This document shows, piece by piece, positions 1 to 12,000 of a stretch of 64,000 nt of DNA. The notes beneath the pieces were generated by a model, which worked only from the letters and a program-made list of their open reading frames with translations, did no database searches and was not told the DNA's origin. Within the stretch, counting starts at the first letter, position 1, and every line of letters starts with the position of its first letter. The translations under genes and the position numbers were made by a program. Location of the stretch: contig JBLDXI010000016.1 in the NCBI GenBank assembly GCA_047495785.1, forward strand, positions 806,001-870,000, in the 5' to 3' direction. The stretch comes from Lepidodermella squamata (lineage: Eukaryota; Animalia; Gastrotricha).

Positions 1-3000
1 CTACGTCCTGCTGCAAGAACTGCCCGAACAGTGGAATAACACGAAGAAGATTGCGATTACTGTCAAGCAACAAGTCGCGCCGCTTCAAGCCACTGAGGTT
101 AACAATATCAGGCGTAAAACAGCTGAATTCGACGTTGCTCAGTACAACTTCCGCGAGCACTTTCGAACAATTGAATTTTTCCGTTACGACTGCAAAACTT
201 ACTACCAAACGTTGGATAGGTACAATTTGACGATTCAAGCGATGGAGCGTGAAATGGCGACGCTCATCGACTCGGCTGGCCTATTTGAGGTTCAAGTTCC
301 GGACTACAAGCAGTTGAAAAATTGTAGGAAGGAGTTGAAATTGCTCAAGACATTGTGGGATTACATTGGCATTGTTCACTCGTCGATTGAGGATTGGAAG
401 TTGACGCCGTGGAAGAAAATCAACGTCGAGCAAATGGAGTATGTTAAAAATTCAAAATTTAATTTAAATTTCAACAGTGAATATTTTTCAAAAATTTAAA
501 ATTTAATTTTTAATTTTTTTTACCTAAATGTTTAAATTTTAAAATTCTTTATTTTGAAAAATTTGAAAAATTACGTGTTTAAAAGTTCAATGAAAATTAG
601 CATTTTTCCAAGAATTTTTTAATTTTTTATTGACCAAAATTATCGCTTTATGAAGGCTGAAACTGAACAAAATTTTGAGGGCAAAATTCTTTAATTTTTT
701 TTTTCGAAATGTTTTAAACTGTTCAAATCTCTAAAAAATAAGTAATATTTAATTATTTCCAGGCAAGACTGTAAGAAATTTGCCAAGGACATTCGCGGCT
801 TCGATAAGGAAATGAAGGCCTGGGATTGTTACAGCGGCGTGAATGCGACTGTCAACAACATGCTGACGTCGCTGAAGGCCGTCACCGACCTGCAGAATCC
901 GGCCATTCGCGAGCGCCACTGGCAGCAGTTGATGCAGACAACGGGCGTCAAGTTCATGATGGACGACGATACTACGCTCGCTGATTTGCTATCGCTCAAT
1001 TTGTACAAGTACAACGATGAAGTTGCCAATATTGTCGAACGAGCAACTAAGGAAATGGGTATGTAAAAAACTTTCTATAGAAATTTCAATAAAATTTGAA
1101 ATTATTTTGAAAATTTGAAATCAATAAAATGTCATTCATTTTCAGGTTTTTTTATTTTAAATAAGTCCTTTATATTTTCAAAGATTTTTGAAAATTGAAA
1201 ATTTCAACTTTAGTTTCAATTTCAATATATTTTTAAAATTTGCTGATGATTTTTCCTAGGTATGGAGAAGGTATTGCGCGAGTTGAATTCGACTTGGGCA
1301 GCCATGGAATTCGATCATGTTAAGCACCCGCGTACCGGGGTCACCCAGTTGCAGAGCCCGGAGAACCTTACGGACACGTTGGACGAAAATCAAGTCCAAC
1401 TGCAGAACATGATGACGAGCAAATTTATTGCCTTCTTCGAAACTGAAGTCCTATCGTGGCAACGCAAGCTGTCCACCGCTGATCAGGTTTGTTTAATTTC
1501 GCCTCAAAAATTTGAGGAAAAATGAAATTTTTATAATTCGATTTTTTGCTTTTTGAAAAAATTTAAGAATTTATGAATATTGTAAAGAAAACTTCCATTA
1601 AATTTTTAATTCGATTTTTTATTTTTGAAAATTTTTGAAAATTTTCTTTCAAAATCGCTTTGAAATTGATGTTTTGTTGGTTTTGGCCAGGTAATTTCGA
1701 TTTGGTTCGAAGTCCAACGAACTTGGTCCAATCTCGAGTCGATTTTCATCGGCTCGGAGGACATCCGCAAACAACTGCCTGAGGACTCGGCCCGATTCGA
1801 CGGCATTGACCGCGACTTCAAGTCCCTCATCACCGAAGTCGAGTCGAGCAGAAACGTCCTGGAAGCAACTGGCAAGCCGAAACTCATCGAACGCCTGGAG
1901 GAGATTCAAAAACGGCTGGCTCTTTGCGAAAAGGCGTTGGCCGAGTACATGGAGACGAAACGACTCGCCTTCCCTCGATTCTACTTCGTATCAACGACGG
2001 ATTTACTGGATATTCTATCAAACGGCAATGCGCCGGAAAAAGTTGCGAGGCATTTGGCCAAAATTTTCGACTCGCTCGCCTCGTTGACCTTCGACAAAGA
2101 TTCGAAGGGTAACAACACGAAACGCGCGCATACGATGCATGCCAAGGACGGCGAGACGGTATCGATGGCGAACGGGTGTGACTGCAACGGCGAGGTTGAG
2201 GTGTGGCTCAACCGGTTGTTGGATGAACAGCGAGCGACAGTTCGGCACTACTTGACGGATGCCGTTGCGTCGTACGAAGAAAAGGCGCGTGATGTTTGGG
2301 TATTTGAAAATCCAGCCCAGGTCGCGCTCACCGGCAGTCAAATCGCTTGGACTACTGAGGTAAATTTTTTATGAAATTAACGCTGGAAAATTGTTCAAGC
2401 TACAATAAAACTTGACCATTAATCGTTGGTATCATGGAGCATTCGAGGAAAAGAAGAATTCATTCAACCTAATCCTTTAATCAATCTAATCGAAACTGGA
2501 GGCAAATTTTAAAAATCTGAATTGCTCTGCGATTAATTGGTTTTTCAAACAAATTTGAATTTCTCTCAATGCTTTTTCAATTTTTGGAGCAATTTTCAAT
2601 TAGATTTGTTATTTCTGTAACAAAGTGAATTTATTGTTGTTGGCTTGCCACAGGCGCCATGTTTTTCTTACCTAATATTATTTAACCATCTGCGAATTAT
2701 ATTTGTGTCTAAGGTATGTATCCTTATCTAGTCGATCTTGTGTCTCAGGGCGCTTACGCGAAAGCTGTGCCCGTTATAACATGAATAATGAAAATTTAGA
2801 TAACAATTTTATAAATCTCGCAAATGAAACCAATTTCGCTAATTGGAAATCGAGAATAAACTTGATCTCAAAGTGAATTCGCCACGGGTATTTTCCTTTT
2901 GTTCTGTTTCTTAATATTTTTATTTTTCTCATCCTTCACCTTATTCTCATTGTAAGATTTCTTTTTCCGGCGAATTTCCGTTGATCAGCCTCATCCGAGG

Positions 3001-6000
3001 TCTTCCTCCGGGTGCAAACTACCCGAGCGGAGGAGTCTAACTATATATTTTGTTATTTGATCCTTCTTCGTCATAATCCAATGCGAAGAATTGTAAAATT
3101 GTGTACTTGGAATTCATTCGCAAGCGAACGGGAGTTCACGCAAAGAACAACTTTCTCCTACCAAATTCAAGTTTTGGCTGATGATTTTTGATATCATAAC
3201 ATGATATCTTTTTTATCAAAATAGATATAGGAGAAGAACATAATGAATATATAGATTGATTATAATTTTTATTTTTTTATATTGCAAAGGGCACAGCTTT
3301 CGCGTAAGCGCCCTGAGACACACGTTCAGGAGGGTTGTAAGGATACATACCTTAGACACAAATATAATTCGCAGATGGTTAAAGTTTCAAAGCACACCAA
3401 AATTTGGTCCACGTGGCAAGTCAATAATAATGAACTCATTTTAAAGAAGACAAAAACAAATGATTGAATAATACTTCACAGATGTGAATAGTTCACACAT
3501 ATTATAAAATCAATCATCAAATTAAAATTACTTATTGCCAAGTGTGCCACATCCTGACGCACTTGGCGCCAAAGTGGCAAACTTTGATGGTACCACGAGT
3601 AGGGAACAGAGGCTCGTTAGTACGGTACGCCAAGAAACGGCCCGCTGATCCCAGCAAATTCGGAATTCAATTTTTCCCACACCAATATATATTTTTGACA
3701 CGGTTTATTCTCGGAATACAAAAATACTGTATGCGTACTACTTTTCGCGGCAATCTTGAATTCGCGAATCGCCCCAAAAAAGAACATTTTTTATTTTCGC
3801 GAAATACTGTATACTGTTTCCGTAATTAGGTCAACCTGGCATTTGCCCGGCTTGAAGAAGGCTACGAAAATGCGCTGAAAGACTACAACAAGAAGCAAAT
3901 CGCTCAGCTGAACCAGTTGATTGCTCACCTGTTGACGAAGCTGGAACGCCAAGGCGATCGCCAGAAAATCATGACAATTTGCACAATCGACGTGCACGCT
4001 CGTGATGTTGTGGCTAAAATGATAACGGCCAAGGTTGAAAGTTCAGCGTCCTTTATGTGGGTGTCGCAGCTGCGCCATCGCTGGGACGAGGCCAACAAGC
4101 ACTGCATGGCGAACATTTGCGACGCCCAGTTCAGGTACGACTACGAGTACCTCGGCAATACGCCGCGTTTGGTCATCACGCCGCTGACGGATCGTTGCTA
4201 CATCACGCTGACCCAGTCGCTTCATTTGGTCATGGGTGGAGCTCCAGCAGGTGAGTAGAAGCAGTAAAAAATTGAAAAAATCACAAGGGATCGAAAATTC
4301 CAAAATAGCTTATGTCATGACCCTTTAAATCAATTCGACGATAGGAATAAAAAATGGGTCCAACCGGGCAAAATACCAATAAATTCCAAACCAGTTACCA
4401 TCGGGATATTTTTGGGTTGTCTTCGGTAAATTTCGGTTTTCTCCGGTGAAGTCGCGGAAAATCGATCGCGGGAAACCGAATCCGTTTCCATCGGGTTTTT
4501 CGGGTTTTCTTCGGTAAAATCGGAGGAAAAATAGCTGAATTTCTCGCGGAAAATTAGAAAAAGTCTGCGCCGAACTTTTGACCGAAGATAATTTTAATTT
4601 TTACCGTTTTCGACAATCAGCTTGACAAATAAGTTTTTAAACTATTTTTCACAAATTTAATTTTGAAGAAAAGCATGCAGTTTCTAAATCTTTCACCGAT
4701 TTTTTTTTACATTTTATTTTTATTCGGATTTTTCTAAAGCAATTTTTCAACATTTTTCTTGGCTATTATTTTAGGTCCTGCTGGTACTGGTAAGACCGAG
4801 ACGACTAAGGATTTAGGCAAGGCCCTCGGCATGATGGTCTACGTGTTCAACTGCTCGGAGCAGATGGACTACAAATCGATAGGTAACATCTACAAAGGCT
4901 TGGCGCAGTCCGGCTCGTGGGGCTGCTTCGACGAGTTCAACCGCATCTCCGTCGAAGTGCTGTCCGTCGTAGCCGTCCAGGTCAAATCCATCACGGACGC
5001 GATTCGGCTGAAGAGGCAGCGATTCAATTTCATGGGCGAGGAAATCAAACTGACGCCCACTGTCGGTCTCTTCATCACCATGGTAAATGATTTTAAAATA
5101 AGTAACCGAATTCTAAAATGAAAAAATTTATTATTGGTCTTATTCCATTAGGAAAGGGAAATAAATTTCAAATAAATTGCAAATTGAATTTCGGAGCAAT
5201 TTTTCTAATTTGAGATTTGAAATTTAAAATTTCAATAAAATTATAATTTTTACTTATTTTTGCTAATTTTTTCTAATTTGGAAAAAGTCGAAAAGCTCAA
5301 ACTATTCATGCTAAAATTTGAACTTTGGAAACCTCGCTATTCAAAATTTGAATTTGCCTTTTTTAGAAGTTGAAATTTTTCAAGATCGAAGATTTTTGAT
5401 AAATCATGTTAAATTTGAAAATTAAAATCGATTCGAAATCGCTGATGGTTCTTGGGAAATGAACTCGAACTGGGTCCTTCACGTCCTTGCTACAACGGAA
5501 ATTGAAAACCTTGAAACTATATTTCATTTTTTTCCTAAAATTTTATGAATGATTCATCTCAGCTGATGACTATTTTTCCTTAATCTAGAATCCTGGCTAT
5601 GCCGGTCGAACTGAGTTGCCTGAAAATCTGAAGGCTCTTTTCCGCCCGTGTGCCATGGTCGTCCCCGATTTCGATCTAATCTCTGAAATCATGTTGGTTG
5701 CCGAAGGTTTCATGGACGCCAAATTGCTGTCCCGAAAGTTCATCACCCTTTACAATTTGTGCCGAGAACTGCTTTCGAAACAAGACCACTACGATTGGGG
5801 CCTGCGAGCCATCAAGTCCGTGCTTGTCGTTGCCGGGTCGCTGCGACGTGGCGATCCAGACAGGCCCGAGGACCAAGTGCTCATGCGAGCTTTGCGTGAT
5901 TTCAACGTGCCGAAAATTGTCACGGACGATTTGCCTATTTTCTTGGGTTTGATCAAAGACCTGTTCCCGGGTCTTGATGTGCCGCGTAAGAAGAATCCGG

Positions 6001-9000
6001 AGCTTGAGCGCGATGCCAAGGAAGCGGCGTTGATGCAAAAATTACAGCCTGAGGATAATTTCGTTCTCAAAGTCGTTCAACTTCAAGAACTTCTCGAGGT
6101 AAAAAATACATATAATTTTTCAAGCTAAAGGCAAAAAATTGAAAAAATTGAATTGAGACTGGTTTTTCAAATAATCATTAATCAAAAAATGAATTGAAAT
6201 TTTTATAGCCATCCCAGGTCATTTTACGGAATCATGATGATGCTCCGGACAGACTTGACTAAACGTTCAGTCTCAGTAATAACATTTCAAAAATTTCAAT
6301 TTTCAAAATTGATTGAACTGAAAAGTACCGTATTTATTCGAAGGCTATTTTTGACCTTTATTATTTTCTAAAAGAAGAAAAAAATATTTCCTCTGAATTT
6401 TGAAATCATGAGAAGGCTTAATTAATTTCAATTTTTCAATTTTGACAAAATATTTCTTTCAAAAATTTGAAAAATGCACTCGACGAAAATACTCTGTCTA
6501 AACCATATTTTTCATTCGGGAAAATTGCTAATCCATGTAACTCGAAATTTTCTTAGCATTTTTCATAATTTCGTTTTAGCCTTCTAAAACGCGATTTAAT
6601 TTTTTATTTTCAACATGGAAAAATATTTCTTAGAATTTGCGCTAACCCGTGTTATTTTTTTCTTCTATTTAGGTCCGTCACTCAGTTTTCATCCTGGGCA
6701 ACGCTGGCACCGGCAAAACATCCGTCTGGAAAACTCTCCACAAAACGTGGCAAAACCGCAAAATGAAGCCAACAGCCGTTGATCTGGACCCGAAAGCCGT
6801 CTCCAACGACGAGTTGTTCGGCGTCATCAACCCGGCGACCCGCGAGTGGAAAGACGGCCTCTTCTCCACGGTCATGCGTGACCTGGCGAACCTGCAAGGC
6901 GACGGCCATCGCTGGATCATCCTCGACGGTGACATCGACCCAATGTGGATAGAATCCCTCAACACGGTCATGGACGATAACAAAATTTTGACCCTTGCGT
7001 CGAACGAGCGCATCCCACTGACCCCGCAGATGCGATTAGTCTTCGAAATTAACCACCTTAAAACCGCAACCCCGGCCACGGTATCTCGAGCCGGTATTCT
7101 CTACCTGAACCCGACCGATTTAGGCTGGGGTCCCTTCGTCGCCTCGTGGATTGACAAGCGAGAATTAACGACTGAAAAAGCGAATTTGACGATTTTATTC
7201 GACAAATACGTCCCGCCCTGCCTGATCGCCCTCAACAATCGGTTCAAGAAAATCACGCCCGTGGCTGAAATCAGCCACATTATGATGCTCTGCAACCTTC
7301 TCGAATGCATGCTCACCCCGGAAAACATCCCGCCAGATTCTTCGAAGGAGCTGTACGAGTTGTACTTCGTGTTCTGTTGCATCTGGGCGTTCGGCGGTTG
7401 TTTGGCTCAGGATCAGTTGACCGATTTTCGGGTTGAATTTTCAAAGTGGTGGACGTCTGAGTTTAAAACGATCAAGTTCCCAGTTCAAGGGCTGGTTTTC
7501 GACTACTTTATCGATCCTGAGGCGAAGAAATTCGAGTCGTGGACCAAACGGCAGGCCAAATTTGAGCTGGACCCTGAAATTCCGCTACAATCGACCCTTG
7601 TAAGTTTTTTTTCAGAATTTGGATATTTTTTTAATTTGAAAATTTGAAAAAATCTCAATTCATTAAAAACTGAACTTATTCATTTGATATTTGTTCTGAA
7701 AAAACATCCACAATTTTTTGAATATCGATTCCAATTTTACTGAGTTTTAAAAAATTTTAATATTTTTAAAAAATTCAAATTTTCCCTTTTTCAATTTTCA
7801 TAATATTTTCTAATTTTTCAAAAATAATCTTTTTTCAGGTGTCCACAATTGAAACTACCCGAATTCGGTATTTCTTGGATCTTTTGGTCGCTAAGCACCA
7901 CCCTGTTCTACTGGTCGGCAATGCCGGTACCGGTAAGACTGTAATGATCGGTGACAAGCTGCGTCAACTCAGCGATGCGTGGATGGTCGTTAACGTACCG
8001 TTCAACTATTACACCACCTCTGAGATGTTGCAGAAAGTCTTGGAAAAGCCGCTGGAAAAGAAGGCCGGCAAGAACTTCGGCCCGCCTGGCAACAAGCGTT
8101 TGATCTATTTCATCGACGATTTGAACATGCCTATGGTTGATAAATACTTCACGGTACAGCCGCATACCATTTTGAGGCAGTACCTGGACTACCACCATTG
8201 GTACGATCGGACAAAATTGTCCCTGAAGGTTAGTTTTAAAAAAATTTCAAATTTTTAAAAATTCGTGAAAATTCTGAAATTTCTAATTTCTAAATTTTCT
8301 TTGCTTTCCAGGAAATCAGCAATGTTCAATACGTCGCGTGCATGAACCCAACGGCCGGTTCCTTCACGATTACCGCCCGTCTACAGCGCCACTTCGCCGT
8401 TTTCGCCATCTCCTTCCCCGGCCAGGAAGCTCTCCAGACCATTTACACGTCAATCCTATCGCAGCACTTGTCCTCGAAAGGATTCCAAGTTCCTGTTATC
8501 AAGTACACGACGCAGCTCGTCAACGGAGCTCTATCACTCCATGCCCGTATTGGCCAACAATTCTTGCCCACGGCTCAGAAATTCCACTACGTTTTCAACC
8601 TGCGAGATTTGTCAAACATTTTCCAGGTAAATATTATCGGTTTTTTCTAATTGATTCGGTTTCAATGATTGATTTCTAACAGTCGATAATCGAATTTTCC
8701 AATAAATATTTATTTTCGATTATTAATGATTTTAAATTTCGATATTGTTATTTATCGATTATCGATTTTCATATCGATTTCATGATTGATTTTTATCGAT
8801 AATTTCTATTTCAGGGCATGCTGTTTGCCGGAGCTGAGTGCGCCAAGGTCCCACAGGATCTTGTCAGGTTGTGGCGCCACGAGTGCGATCGCGTGTACCG
8901 CGACAAAATGGCCGACGTCGCTGATTGCGAACTGTTCGACAAAATCGTCAAAGATCAGACGAAGAAATCGTTCGAAGAACTCGACGAAGCTGTCATCTCG

Positions 9001-12000
9001 CAGAAGCCCATGATCTACTGCCACTTCACGCAGGGAATGGGCGATGCCAAATACCTGCCAATCGCCTCAATGACTGATTTGGGCCGAATTTTGAATGACG
9101 CCATGTCGCAGTACAACGACCTTAATGCTGCTATGAATCTTGTTCTCTTCGACGACGCCATGTCCCACATTTGCAGAATTAACCGCGTTCTGGAGTCGCC
9201 ACGTGGTAACGCCTTACTAGTAGGTGTTGGTGGCTCAGGAAAGCAGTCCCTTGCGAGGCTGGCCGCGTTCATTTCCAGCTTGGAAGTGTTCCAAATCACC
9301 ATTCGAAAGGGCTACGGCATCGCTGATCTCAGGACAGATTTGGCGATGTTGTACCAGAAAACTGGCCTCAAGAACATTGGCATGATGTTTTTGATGACTG
9401 ATGCGCAAGTCGCAGACGAGCGGTTCCTTGTGTTGATCAACGACATGTTGGCATCGGGCGAAATTTCTGAGCTTTTCAGCGACGATGAAATGGAAAATGT
9501 GCTGGGATCGATGCGAGTTGAGGTTAAAGGCGCTGGAATGGACGACTCGCGTGAAAACTGCTGGACCTACTTTATTAACAAGGTACGCTTCACAGAGTAA
9601 TAATCATGAATATTTGGTATTTCAGATCCAAATCGACGACGATAACAAAAAAGAACACAATTTTCGGTGCATAAAAAAAACTGTATAAAAAGTTGCATAA
9701 CGTCAAGAAAAGATAATCATTTGGTCTTTTTGCTCTGAAGTTTGCTGAAATGTCGTTGCAAATTTGTCATTTTTGAACCATTTTAACAGAAAATTACGGC
9801 TAATGCATAAACATTCAGGCCAAGAAAAGAGGCGAGCATGAGAAGAAAAACGGTCATGTCAAAAGCTCTCGCACATGTGAAGCTCAGATGAAGGGGTGCT
9901 ATATTGACGATCTTTCTCATAAGTTCCTTATTACGAGCTGTTACCGTAACCATAGCAGCTTCATATAGGGCTAGAGCGCCTGTCATGCCGCTTAAAATTA
10001 GAATGTATTCAGCCATTAGTACAGACTCGCTTGTATCGGGAAGCTCCCCATGTATCTCTGATTGCGTGACGATTAGGCTTAGAAGAAGGGTCGCTGTGAA
10101 GGCTGGTCGATCTGGGATGCTTGGCTGAAGGATGAGAGATCCGAAAACCAGCGTTGTTATGATGCAACAAGGTGCAAAGCTATTGATAAGGTAAGGCCAA
10201 CTTTTTCGCGTGAAAGTGACTGTAAAACGGGCGTAGCTCGACGTGCCATTCCGCCTGAGTAAGGAAGTCGTTAAACCTCGCCCAGAGAACGCTTTCCCTA
10301 GTTCCCAAAGCTCGCTATCGAAGGATCCATCGAATGAAAGTCTTGTCAGCTGAAACTGTAGGTACTTTTCCGATTCATCTAGTACGAAGGTGAAATCACA
10401 CTGTTGGGAATCAAAGGGAAATTTGCGAAGTTTAAGGACACATTTCGATTTGATAACGCCATATCGCATCCAGTGGAAAAATAAGGTTCGATTCGGCACT
10501 GTCGGGTAGAAAACAGCTTGAGTTTGCTCTTCGAAGCCGCTCTTCATGTAGATGTCTGTTGAAGTATTTGCGAACTGCAGGCTTGGCACCCAAACATGTT
10601 GCGGATCCACTGCGTAGACGCGATCTGCTTCGTTGACGTTCGGGGCTGTAACCTGCCACGGGCAGTTGAAAACCGCCCATTGAACGGCCAGTCGAACACC
10701 GGCTGAGATTTCGCGAGCTTTGGCGTCGATGTCGAGCAGCGCGTTGAATTCCATCGAGATGTATATTTTCATGCCGTAATCAGGGGATCTGAAAAAGAAA
10801 AGCTCAGCTTGAGCCTCAAACTAACCAAATTCAACTCGAAATTTTCCCGATTCGATATTTCGATTTTATCCATTGTTGATTGATAACCCCTGAATCTGGC
10901 AATTTAAATTTTAGCTGCCTTTGAAAAGCTTGGCTACCCCGAAAGTTGGTTAAAATGGTTTTCAAAAATCGTGAAAACTCCATTCGATACCTGGTCGGTC
11001 TTTTCGAAATTTCTGAATTGGATTTAAGAAAATTCATTGTTTGTTTCTTGGCTGCAAAGTTCTCAAAATCTCGTACTCTCAAAAATTCTGAAAGCTTCAA
11101 TAATTGATGCAATTTAAAAGCCGTTCAGTCGCGCATTTCCACCTTAATAGCCTTCCAGCTAGTGTTTACTGTTTACTGCAACATAAATTATTGAACATGC
11201 ACAATACCTGACTTTTGGGGCGATGAACTCGCATGTCGTTATGTCCTCGATCGAAAGTAAAGGCATGATATATCCATCGATTAGGTTCGGAATCGGGAAT
11301 TCCGATGGATTCATCGCGAAATCGTAGCTCTCTACTTCGCGCGTTGTTCCAACTGATGCAGATGTTGAAATCGGAATCCTAAAACTTGAAGTCTCGGTAG
11401 ATGTTAGTGGCACCCCTGATGAAGATTGAGCTGAGCTGAAATCGGTCATTTTATCAATAATGAAGGGCGTTGGCGATGTTTCCGGTGATGTTGAAGTCGT
11501 TTCAACCGCGCCGCAGTTGTTCATTTTTACGTGATACACGTCCATGGTATCTGAATAAGCCCCGCTCTTCCCGCCCAAGCCGAATACCATCGTTTGTCCG
11601 GCATAAGGGCTTGAAATTTTCACTGATGATGTTATGTTCGAAAATGGTCCGATGCAAGTTCCATTTTGCAAGCATAATCCCAGCTACAGAATGGGAATTT
11701 ATTAGCATTAAATTCAATTTAAATATTGATAAGATCGAGTAGAAATGTCTCTGAAATTATGAAATTTTGCGAGAAAATACTTGGGAAACCCGAAGTTCGT
11801 TTTTTCGGAATTTTTATTTTTGGACCGGGTTTTTTGGAATTTTCCCGCTCTCCTTTATTAATTTCATGAGTCAATTTTCTGTATTTCAAGTTCCTTCTGA
11901 TTCCGAGGTCCAGCATTCGGTCCAATTTTAGACTTTCCGAACCCTTTTTCAATCTATTCTCTTGGGTTACCTTACTTACCGAAACGTTTGTGCCATCAAC

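Noticed and set aside
5445-5500. tRNA B-box-like GTTCGA on the minus strand; similar partial A/B boxes near 37515-37570, 39180-39200 and 54255-54325
   Set aside because: No cloverleaf can be folded. At most these are decayed SINE fragments.
1241-5570. CTGATGA motifs (1243, 3178, 5563) as hammerhead ribozyme cores
   Set aside because: No flanking stems or correctly placed GAAA. Two sit at branch-point positions just before acceptors.
6230-6325. C/D snoRNA-like ATGATGA...CTGA in a dynein intron
   Set aside because: No terminal stem, an AT-run interior and no recognisable rRNA guide.
11540-11683. Jacalin-like call for GPF...GKSGAYSD in the nested gene
   Set aside because: Once upstream exons were joined, the ADGF motif and overall motif order fit an L-type lectin better.
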